Source: Chiloscyllium plagiosum
Taxonomy: Eukaryota
DNA length: 62,000 bases
Direction of reading: 5' to 3'
Assembly: GCF_004010195.1 (NCBI RefSeq)
Contig: NC_057749.1
Coordinates: 17,005,750 to 17,067,749, forward strand
Below, piece after piece: positions 12,301 to 24,300 of the stretch. The notes under the pieces were generated by a model that searched no databases, was not told the DNA's origin, and saw nothing but the letters and a program-made list of their open reading frames with translations. Position numbers and translations under genes: made by a program. Position 1 is the first letter of the stretch. Every line of letters begins with the position of its first letter.

Positions 12301-15300
12301 ATGTCTTGCAATACTGAGAATTGGGAAGTAGAGTGAGAGAAAATTATTTCAATGCAGAGAGTAAGAAAGAGGAGGAAGAACTTGGATATGGAGAATGAGA
12401 GGAAAGCCCCCTTTAATCTTTTACTTTGATCAATACAATTCTCACTGGCTTCCCCATTTCTGAAGTAACTTGGTTTTAATTTGAGACGTGAATCACAAGG
12501 TGGGATGGAAGAGTGTCCTGTACCTGGATTTCTTCCTTGCTCAGTTGTGTGTTGTTCTGGACAAACCCAGATGGCTGCTCCCAGCTTCCTTGCTTCGTCA
12601 CCAGGTTATGGTAATAATGGTAACCTCCCTTCACCCAGTGCCTAACCCACTGGCTGCCGTTGTCACCTGCAGGCCAAAAGGGAACACATTCACACATTGC
12701 GCCATGTTGCCGTGGACCAACACACCCAATGCCAGACACCTCGACCTCCATCATCCAAAGGACACCACTTCATCCCGGCTCTCATCAAATGCACCTTCCA
12801 TCCCCGTAAACACAGAGCTTTCCTTCACTGACCATTGGGCACAATGTAACCCAACGACTGAGAAACTAACCAATTGATGCCCCATGGTTGACACCCAATG
12901 ACAAAGGGACCACTGTCCAATGTCACAGCTACCCCTGTGAAAGCGCTCAGATTAGATCAGAGTGTCAATGATATCAACACATTGTGCATATGATCAGCAA
13001 ATAAAATTTTGGCACTGTCAGTCCAACATCTTAGAGTCAATCCAGTGCCAGGATCCAGTTCATTTTAATATGAACTCAGCCATATAACCCAACGTCTGGG
13101 CAGCATGGTGGCTCAGTGGTTAGCACTGCTGCCTCGCAGCGCCAGGGACCCAGGTTCGATTCCAGCCTCGGGTGACTGTCTGTGTGGAGTTTGCACATTC
13201 TCTCTGTGTCTGTGTGGGTTTCCTCCAGGTGCTCCTGGTTTCCTCCCACAGAACAAAAATGTGCAGGTCAGGTGGATTGGCCATGCTAAATTGTCCAAAA
13301 TGTCAGGTACATTAGTCAGAGGGAAAAGGGTCTCGGTGGGCTACTCTTTGGAGGGTCAGTGTGGACTTGTTGGGCTGAAGGGCCAGTTTCCATACTGTAG
13401 GGAATCTAATCAGCCAACTTATGGAGATGAGCATTGATAGCCTGAAAATACAACAGCTGTGTCAGGTCCATGTCTTTTTCATTCAGGTTTGGGATGTGGT
13501 AGTTTTAGCAAGGCTAGTATTAATTACCCAACCAATGCTGTTTCTTGGGAACATGGTATGGACTCTTCTAGTTTGACCCTGATTGGAATGGCATTGAAGA
13601 GTGTCAACCATGGCCTTGATGAATGGTGGAGTAGGCTTGAAGGGCTGATTGGCCTACTCCTGCTTCTATTTTTATTAATATGTCCTTCTAACCCTTTCCA
13701 CTCCTACAATCAGTGACTGTTTCGAGGATTACTAATGGAAGAGAAATCACAGCAGTGCCACTCACTCACCTTCTGCCTTCTTGGCCTGTTTAGCCTCAGT
13801 CAGTTCCTGCCGATAGGTGTCATCACATTCAGAGGTGACTCCGTATAACCCAACATCTGGAGATCGCAGCGCACTCAGTATCTGGACTGTGTCTCCATGG
13901 TCTACTGCCTCATTGATAGTCAGAATGCCCAGAGAAACTAGACAGGTTAGAGAGAGAGATCACATTGTGTCACAAACCTCTCAGGGTTCAGATCTCTGGT
14001 CATTACAAACCAATCATCACATGCTGATGATCCAGAGGAGATAGTGCATTGTCAGGTCCAGTACTGAGTTCTGAAGCCCAGGACTATTTCAGGCTTTGTG
14101 TAACAGCATGAAATGTTATAATCAGTTCCAATCCGAGCTGGATTAGGCCAAGGAGTTTGTGTGTGCGTGCATGTGGGTCACAATCTGTTTATACACGTGT
14201 GTGTGTGTCTTGGTGCATGATCAGATATCAGCAGAGGTGAGTGCAGGTGTTACAGTGAGCACATGTCTGCAAGTATGTTCTAGTTGAATGTGGTACCATG
14301 TGTAAGTGTGCGTGTTGGTGTGTGTTCTAGTGAGTGTGTCAGCATTAGTATATGTGTTGTTGAGTACATACTGACAAACTTACAGCATAAGTGTGTGCGT
14401 GTTACTGAGTGGAGGCATATTCTGAGTGTGTCCCTGAGTGTGAGAGTGTGTCCCTGAGTGTGAGTGTGTGTCCCTGAGTGTGACTGAGTGTGTCCCTGAG
14501 TGTGAGCGTGTGTATTGGTGCTCAGTGAGCAATGACAGGATCAAATGTCACCCACTCACACGCAGTTCCGTGATTAACCCGAAGATCAGCTCATGGGCAT
14601 TGCAGCCTTGCGACTGGGAAGGAATTGTGAGAAATGTTGGCTGCATGGATTTTAGTAAAGCCTTTGACAAAGTTCTGCATAGTATTCAGGGGAACACCAG
14701 CAGTGTTCCACGGGGATCAGTACAGAGTCCACTGTTGTTTGTCATTTATATAAACGATTTGGATGAGAATTTAGGAGTTAGTGAGTTTGCAAATGACACC
14801 AAAATTGGTGGTATAGTGGACAGGGACGATGGTTGTCTAGGATTACTAAGAGATCTTGATCAATTGGGCCAATGGGCTGAGGAGCAGCAATGGAGTTTAA
14901 TTTGAATAAATGCGAGGTATTGCATGTTGGTAAAACCAACAAGGGCAGGGCTTATACAAATGATGGTCGAACCCTGGGTAGTGTTGTAGAACAGAGAGAC
15001 TTTGGGGTTCAGATACATGCTTTTGAGTTTTGCATCATAGGTAGGCAGGGTGGTCAAGGTGTTTAGCATGCTTGCCTTCACTGCTCAGACGACTGAGTTT
15101 AGGAGTTGGGACGTCATGTTGAGATGGTACAGAGCATTGGTGAGGCCTCTTCTGGAATACTGTGTTCAGTTCTAGTCACCCTGGGAATGGAAGATTTGAG
15201 TTATAAGGAAAGGCTGGATCGGCTGGGACGTTTTTCATTGGAGTATAGGAGGTTGGTAGGTAACCTTATGGAGGTTTATAAAGTAAGGAGGAGCATAGAT

Positions 15301-18300
15301 AAGGTGAATAACAAGGATCTTTTCCCTCGAGTGGGGGAGTTCAAAACTAAGGGACACATTTTTAAGATAAGAGGGGAAAGAGTTTTCACACAGAGGGTGG
15401 TTTGTGTGTGGAATGAACTGCCAATGAAAGTGGTGGATGCTGGTACAATTACAACATTTGAAAGACGTTTGGACAGGTACATGAATAGGAAAGGTTTAGA
15501 GGGAGATGGACTAGTTTAGTTTGGGAAACTTGGTTGGCATGGACGAGTTGGACCGAAGGGTCTGTATCTGTGCTGTATGACTCTATGAGACAGGTGTTTT
15601 CTGATTGGTTCAGGCCACCTGGGCAGAATGAGATTTATTTTACATTAAGGGGTGACATGGTGGTTCACAGCAGCAGGGTCCCAGGTTCGATTCCAGCCTC
15701 GGTCGACTGACTGTGTGGAGTTTGCACATTCTCCCCGTGTCTGCGTGGGTTTCCTCCGGGTGCTTCAGTTTCCTCCCACAGTCCAAAGATGTGCAGATCA
15801 GGTGAATTGGTCATGGGAAATTGCCCATAGTGTTAGGTGCATTAGTCAGAGGGAAATGGGTCTGGGTGGGTTACTCTTTGGAGGGTCGGTGTGGACTGGT
15901 TGGGCCGAAAGGCCTGTTTCCACACTGTAGGGAATCTAATAAAAAAAATTAAGGTCACATTTGAAGGTTGTCCTGCTGGATCTATTTTGTGGCAGGAAAC
16001 AGCAGAAACTCACATTTCTCTGCATCTTGTGTGTCCTTGTTGGATTTCCAGACGGTGTCCTGAATTTCGTCGAGCCAGAGCACGGCAGAATCATCCTGAG
16101 TCTCCTGTGGAGAGTCAAAGTCATCAGTGGCTGCACTGTCAGGCTGAGGGAGAAACTACCCACACTGGGCTAACTGGGAAATCAGGGGCACCATGGTGGT
16201 TCAGTGGTCAGCACTGCTGCCTCACAGCGCCAGGGACCTGGGTTTGATTCCAGCCTCGGGCGACTGTCTGTGTGGAGTTTGCACATTCTTCCTGTGTCTG
16301 TGTGGGTTTCCTCTGGGTGCTCTGCTTTCCTCCCACGATCTAAAAATGTGCAGGTCAGGTGAACTGGCCATGCTAAATTTCCCAGAGTGTTCAGGGATGT
16401 ATAGATTAGGTGCATTAGTCTGGGGTAAATGCAAAGTAGTAGGGGAATGGCTCTGGGTGGGTTGGTCTTTGGAGGGTCCGTGTGGACTGGCTGGGCCAAG
16501 GGCCTGTTTTCACGCTTTAGGAATTCTATTAAATTGAAAAAAAATTTAAAAGTGTGGCTGACCATTGTTCTCAATAGTCAACAAAACCCCAATAACAGGC
16601 ACTGTCCTCAACTTAAATAAAACAAAGAACTGCAGATGCTGAAACAAAACAGAAATTGCTAGAGAAGCTCAGCAGATCTGGCAGCATCTCTAGAGAGAAA
16701 GCAGAGTTAACATTTCGAGTCCAGTATTCAGTTCTGAAGAAGGATCGCCGAACCCGAAACGTTAATTCTGCTTTCTCTCCACAGATGCTGCTGGAACTGC
16801 TGAATTTCTCCTGTTTTTGTTACTGTCCTATACTTGCTGTCAATATTTGCCAAAAGAAATGTTCACTTTTAAAGTGTATTTTACAACGTCAGGGGCTCTC
16901 AGTCCTGAAGTATTTCTGAAGCATGATTAGTATTGCGATATTTGGACAGCATGAATTTTTAATTATTTTGTGCATTGGGCAAGAAAAAGAATCATGTTTG
17001 AATTTCTTTTTGATTATTGTTGCTGGTTTACTTCCTTGGTTTACTGAATCATAGGTGATATTTATGCTGTAAATATGCATCTGTGAAATATGTTTGTTTC
17101 AACTGCGTGGATGAAATCTTCCACTCATTTTAATGCATGTCGCTAAAACATGTTGAGCGGCACAGTGGTTAGCACTGCTGCCTCACAGTGCCAGAGTCCC
17201 GGGTTCAATTCCCATCTCAGGCAACTGTCTGTGTGGAGTTTGCACATTCTCCCTGTGTCTGCGTGGGTTTCCTCCCACAGTCCAAAAATGTGCAGGTTAG
17301 GTGAATTGGCCATGCTAAATTGCCTGTAGTGTTAGGTGAAGGGTAAATGTAGGGGAATGGGTCTGGGTGGGTCTTTCTTCGGAGGGTCAGTGTGGACGTG
17401 TTGGGCTGAAGGGCCTGTTTCCACACTGTAACTAATCTAATCCTAATGTTCCTGTAAATTTATCTGCAAGGAGCCAGTCATTTCAACTGTAGCACTTTAT
17501 TGAGAAGGTCAGCTGACTTCTAGACTTATCAGGAAAGTAGGTCAGTCAGAATGTTAATAGATCTTAAATAATTGACAAAACCAATGGTAAAACAGAGAAT
17601 AATTTCCACGTGAGGGCGTTGAGATATGGAGCAAGGATGTTGAAATCAGATTTCATAGGCACTTTTAAAATGTAGTTGGATATTTGGTGAATTGGAAAAA
17701 AACATCAGGTGTGGAATAAGGTGGACAGCTCTGGTATGACTTGCTAAATGAACTTCTCATGTACTTTCAGAATCTGCATTAGGCTGTCATCACTGAAGGT
17801 GCTCCATCATCACTAATGGGTGGGGTGGGGTGGGCTGGGCTGAACAGGCTAACTTCACTAACTCCACCAGGGGGTGCCCCAACAGCCATGATACACTGTT
17901 TCCACCAGGGGGCGCCCCGACAGGCTGCAGCACACTGGCTCCACCGGGGGGGAAGGGGGTGGGGTTTGGACCCTGTTCTTTGAGGGACAAAGACCCCTCA
18001 GTTACAGCCATTGAGTTAATGGGCCTTGTACCACAACCATATGTCATTGACTGTTCAGAGACACAGGCTTCTTTGTATCCAGTGAGTGCCAGAAACAGAC
18101 ATTTCTCACACCGAGTCTCACATGGACAGCTGTTTCCAAAGATGCTCATTTCTGAACTGTAATTCTATCCCTCTTCTTACTGATGCTGGCTTTTAGAATG
18201 GTTTTGCGTCCAATGGTAACTCAGTAACAACTTGCAGTTTTAAAAAAACACTAAGATGTAGATGTGAGGGCTGTGGTGAGATCCTGCGTTTGGACCCAAC

Positions 18301-21300
18301 AACACACAGTGAGGTAGTCAAACCCAGCAGAGACGACAGAGGTAATTAACATGGATAGAGGTTTGACTAACCAACAGGAAGCAGAGAGTCAGGGTGACTA
18401 GGCTGTTTTTAGAAAGGCAACTGGAACTAGTGGGATGTTGGAATTATTTATAATCTTGGATTGAGGGAGTGACTGTATTGCAGGTTTAGCAGTGTGTGTG
18501 TGGAGAGAAAGCAGGATTAACATTTCAAGTCCTGTCACACTCTATCAGAACTGACAATAGCTAGGAAAAGGTGGTACTGTATTTAGTGGACAACTGCAGG
18601 AGATGTGAGTAGATAGGTGGAGATACAGCCCAGAGAGAGAGAGAGAGAGAGATGTGAAAGGGACAGGCAGATGAGGGAACTATTGATAGTGGGCTAGGAC
18701 AGATGGGTTGGCCGTGCTGAAAGCTTCACAACCAATGAGAAACTTTGTAAAAGTAGAGATTATAGTTATGAATAAAACATTGCAGATGATTGGTAGGCAG
18801 CAAAGTCTCTTTGTCCCATGAGATTACTGGGATGGAGGAATCAGCTGTCCAAAAATGTACCCTCACCCAATCTCAGCCATATCAGGGTCCAACCACCTTC
18901 AGACCCCAGTGCACAGTGTCAGGGAAACTTCAAATAGGAAGAGAGAGAGAGACATGAGAAAGGAAGAGATAAAGGAGGGGCTGACTATCTCCCCCACACC
19001 CCCCTCAGCAGAAAACTACTATTTGAACACTTTTAAAAATGTTTTACCCTTTCAGGGATACATAAAAAGGGGGTTGAAAGCCAACTGCTACCTCGGTCTG
19101 TGTGTACTAGTGAACGAGTACTGGTTCACTAGTACACACTAGTTGTTTGAAAACATGTACTGCGCAGGTCAAAGATGCACTCACTAGTCACCCCTGCATT
19201 GTGGGTAAAAGACCTCTCTCACTTTGACTGCTAGAAAGTCAGCCAGTAAACAAATCAGTCCCAAGGAAACAGGGTTAGAAGGACTTCCTCAGCCTGTGTG
19301 CTACCAGCCAACTACCATAATTAAGAAACCAAAGGATTTCAAATAAACCTGCGAAAGCTAACAACCCTGAAACCGACTGTTCAGCCCTAACATGCCACGA
19401 TGTACTCTTCACGTATGATCCAGAGAGACTGGTCAGTAAATATTTAACTTTATCTTTGGGACTCTCATCTGGGTCCGATTGTATTCCATTAAGCTTTTTA
19501 TGCTTGGTAACTCAAACTCACTCTTCTGTTTACACATGAGCATGGGGTCAACTTGGCTCTTTTTAAAGCATGTTAATTTGGTCTTGGAGGAGGGTATCCA
19601 CAAAAGGAGGGGGGGTGATTCAATAAAGAAGGGGAACCAAATCAGCCCTCTTCACATGGGACTGAAATGATTTAGGATGTCTGCCTGAAACTGTGCTAAC
19701 TGGGGAAACCTTGCCCAGGGTCTGGTCATAATGGTCCATGCAGCTTTGGACTGGGAGAAGGCTAGGTCCTGAGCAGGAAATCTACCGCAGCTTGTGTCCC
19801 CAGTCCATCACTGATTCCCGTTCAGGAAAGATCTCATGTTGGGTCGTGTTTTGTGTTGAAGATGGACCAGTGTATGAAGACACAAAGCCTCTGAGGCTGG
19901 GTTACGAGGAGAGGTAGATCAGCCTAGTTCCTGGTGAGTTTATTTAAACATATGGCCCCTTGATGTTCACTCAAAAGTAATCAGAGCAAGACGGGCCATA
20001 GAAGCAGCAGTCACCAGGTCACAGCAATACAGACTGGACATTATGCAAAACATTGAGCTCACCTCTCAACGGCAGAACTGAAAACTAACAGCTTGCCTGA
20101 GGGCTCACTTCAATCACCATAGCAACTTACCACAACAAAGATGCAGTGATGCGACAGAGTGAAATTACCAAGAACATCAGCCATGTCAGTCACAACTCTG
20201 TCTTTCCTGAGAGAGTCCCGAGTGCAAATCCCACAAGAGAATATGGAACATAAAATCCAGTCTGACACTCACAGGCTCGGCCGCATCCAGGCACAGGAGA
20301 TACTCCCTCATTCCCTCCTCCTTTAAGGTGCTCATCAAAACCTGTCAGCCCAAGCTTGGGGTCACCTGTCCTCATGTCAAACATGATGGATTACCCACCC
20401 GTGAAGCACCTCAGAGCATGTTACTGTGGTAAAGGTGCTACATAAGTGAAACTAACTGTTAGTGAAATATTTTTAAAGAGATAGTTGTACTGAGTAACAT
20501 CAGGAGTAAGGGAAAGTCAGGATCAATGTAATAAGGAATACAAATGATTGAAAGTAGAACAAAGTTCATGTGAAGGAAATATAGGAACCGCAGTGGACCA
20601 TTCAGCCCCTCGAACCTGCTCCACCATTCATTGAGATCATTGTTGACCTGTGGCCTAACTCTGTTCACCTGCCTTTGGTACATATCCCTTAATACCTTTA
20701 AAACTTTCAAGGTTCGGCAGCACAGCTCGATCAAGTGGAATGTGTGGCCTGTCGTACATGGGAAGTCATGGACCCTGCCAACATCCTAAACGATGACGTG
20801 TGCAGGAAGTGCGGCCCGCTGCAGAGTTCCATTTCGGTGTTAGAGTGGCATATCCGTGAGGTTGAGAGTTACATGGAATGCATGTTCAGAGAGCTGGTCA
20901 CACTAAAGCTCCACAGCCTGCAGGCTAAAGAGCTCCCTGGAGTCCTGCTCACAAATGGGGTTCCATTTTGGGAGCTAATGAAGGTATTAGTAGCTCAGGG
21001 GAAGGCAGACAGAGCCATGTTTGTGGCACAAGTGGACTGACTGTACAAGACAAGAGGAACAGCGATAGTAATTGGACAGGTATGGGGAATAAACAGGCCC
21101 TTCTCTGGCCATTGATGTGACTCCAGGATGGTGTGGTGCCTCCTTGGTGCGAGGGACTAGGGTGCCACAGAGTGACTGCAGGACATTATTCTGGGGGAAG
21201 GTGAACAGCCAGAATTCAGGGACCACGTTGGTGCCAATGATTTGGGTTGAAGGGGAAAGGGGGTCTTGCAGTCAGAATTTAGGTTAGCTAGGTTTAAAAA

Positions 21301-24300
21301 AACACAAACAGGACCACAGGGATCTCTAGATGATTCCCAGAGGCACACCTGAGTACAGGAATAGGAGGGTAAGGCAGATGGATGCAAAACACGAAAGGTG
21401 GTAAGATGGAGGTCTTTCGATTCCTATGAGTTGCTCTGAGAAGATGACATCTGTATAAGGCGGATTGGTTGCCTGCCTCTGAACAGAGCTGGCACTGAGC
21501 ACCTTTCAGAGGGTTCTGCAGGTGCTGTTGGGAGTGTTTTAAACAAACTCAGCAGAGATGTGGGAACCAAGAGAGAATATTAGTGAGGAATACCAGGTTG
21601 CACAAAATACTAGGAGAGATGGGTAACACTTGTATAGAGAATAGAAAGTCAATAGGTGGAGTCAGAGGAAGGGAAAAAGTAATAAAGTTTAAATTAAGAT
21701 TACTGTGCATGATCACCCCCTACAATGTTTACGGGAAATCACAGATTAATCTTCCAACTGATTGAGTTGGGATTCCCATGGTAACAGGGTCTACCCAGCT
21801 GGAACTCAACACCTGAGCCTTTTGTAAAGCAGACTTAGAGGAGGGGGAAGAGGGTTGGCTTAGTGGTATTGTTGCTAGACTAGCAATCTAAAGCTCCAGG
21901 TTCAAATTCACTGCCCCCCCTCCCCCCACCCAAACTAAAATATAAAGCAGACTCAAGGGGTTTTTGTGGTAGAGTCGTGAGGATGGTGCTGGAAAAGCAC
22001 AGCTGGTCAGACAGCATCCGAGGAGCAGGAGAGTCAATGCTTCAGGGATAAGCTTTAGTGGTAGTGTCCCTACCTCTGACCCAGGAGGCCTTGATTTAAG
22101 TCCCACCTGTTCCAGAGAAGTGTCTGAACAGATTGATTAAAAATATGTATAATAGTTAATTTAAAAAATGAGAGGCATTATAAGTATGAGGCATTTTGGT
22201 TAGAAAAACATTGAAAGACAATATAAAATTGGGGGTACAATTCTAAAGGGGTTGCAGGAGCAGAGAGTCCTGGGTGTAAATGTGCACAGATCATTGAAAG
22301 TGGCAGACAGATGGAGAGAGCACAGTGTCCTTGGTTTTCTTAATAGGGTCACAGAGTAGAAAGCATGGAGGTGATGTTGAACTTGCACAAGACACTGATT
22401 GAACATCAGCTAGAGTATTGTGTATAATTCTGGGCACTACAGTAAACACATTAGAGAGAATGTAGAAGAGATTGAGAGAACAATTCCAGCGATGAGAAAC
22501 TTCAGTTATGAGGGCAGATTGGAGACATTGGGATGAATCCCCCTGAAGAGGAGAAGGCTAAGAACTGAATCGGAGAGAATTTTTAAAAATCCTGAGAGAC
22601 CTGATAGTGTAGCTGGGGAGAAACTGTTCCCACTTGTAACAGGATCAAGGATGAGAGGGCGCAGGTTTAAAGTGATTTATAAATGTAAGAAATGTGATGA
22701 GAAAAAAAAATCCTTTTGTGGTTTGAGTCTGAAATGCGCTGCCTGGGAGCCTGGTGGAAACAGGTTCAACTGAGGAGGGAATTGGATTTAATTCAAAACG
22801 TCACAGGTATACAGGGGAAAGACAGGAGAATGACACAGTCACAATGCTTGCTGTCGATCTGGGGTAGGCATGATGGGCTCAGTGCCTCTTCTTGCACTGT
22901 AAATATTCTGATTCTGTTACTGTTTGACTCTGGTGGCATCATAATATATCCCTGACCCGCAGACATTCAGTCTGTCTCACACACATGTAGGTCTATGGGG
23001 TGAATTTACATTTACAGATTTCTAGATACATTGTATTTTGTTCGAAAAGCACACAATCTGTAGGCATGATGTGGAGGAGTCAGTGTTAGACTGGGTGGTC
23101 AAAGTTAAAAATCACACAACACAGGTTTATTTGGAAGCACTAGCTTTTGGAGCGTTGCTCCTTCAACAGGTAACTAGCGAGATAGGATCAAAGGACAAAG
23201 AATTTATTGTAAAAGATCAAAGTGTCATACAACAATTTTATAAATTCCTACTTTGGAAATAGAACCAGTCTGACTCAAGATTGGAATATAGACAGACTCT
23301 AACCTCATACCTTTAATGCATTGTCTGAGCTGAGCTGTCACCTTTTCTTTTATAAAACCTTAAGTTATCTTGGGAATGTCACTTGAAAGAAGTTCTGGGA
23401 TTTACATATTAATGAATCAAAACCTGCAACCCATTCTAAGTGATTAAGACTTAACAGCAATCCAGGTTTGTTCAATACATTGCATCAGTTATCTGACACT
23501 TTGATCTTTTACACTAAATACCGTGTCCTCTGATCCTGCCCCACTAGCTACCTGATGAAGGAGCAGCGCTCCAAACGTTTGTACTTCCAAATAAACCTGT
23601 TGGACTATAACCTGGTGTTGTGTGATTTTTAACTGTCTTACACACACCAACAGGGGTCACTAGATAGGAATGAAGGGCAGGAACCCTGGTTGTTTGACCC
23701 TTTACTATCCAAAGCATAACTTCAGCACACACCTGCTCTCACATTCAGTCTTGACTGAGATTGGACCTGGGCTTGGGCCCACACCCATTGGAGAATTCAG
23801 CCACTGAACCCAAGGGGAGATTTAATACAAAGTGCCTGCAGTCTTGAGGCAATAATTTAGTCTGCCAAGAGTCTGTCTCTCTCTACCCACCCACCCTCCC
23901 CGTCACCCAGTGGTTTAATTTGGTTGCTGTGTTACTGGGATTGGCACAGAGAGACACAAAGGAATCATTCACTAACTAAACAGTCACCTGGAACTAGAAC
24001 AGACAGCTTTGTTCAAGGCGGGACTCCAACACAACTCAAAACACAACGCCCCAGTTCCAAAGCTGAGTCAGACAGAGGAAGAGGGAGTAATGGACGGAAG
24101 GGGCAAAAAGGGAAAGATAGGGGGGGGGGGGCANNNNNNNNNNNNNNNNNNNNNNNNNNNNNNNNNNNNNNNNNNNNNNNNNNNNNNNNNNNNNNNNNNN
24201 NNNNNNNNNNNNNNNNNNNNNNNNNNNNNNNNNNNNNNNNNNNNNNNNNNNNNNNNNNNNNNNNNNNNNNNNNNNNNNNNNNNNNNNNNNNNNNNNNNNN

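Noticed and set aside
13098..13175. tRNA-like A and B boxes as real tRNA genes
   Set aside because: They are SINE heads followed by a V-domain and a LINE-like tail.
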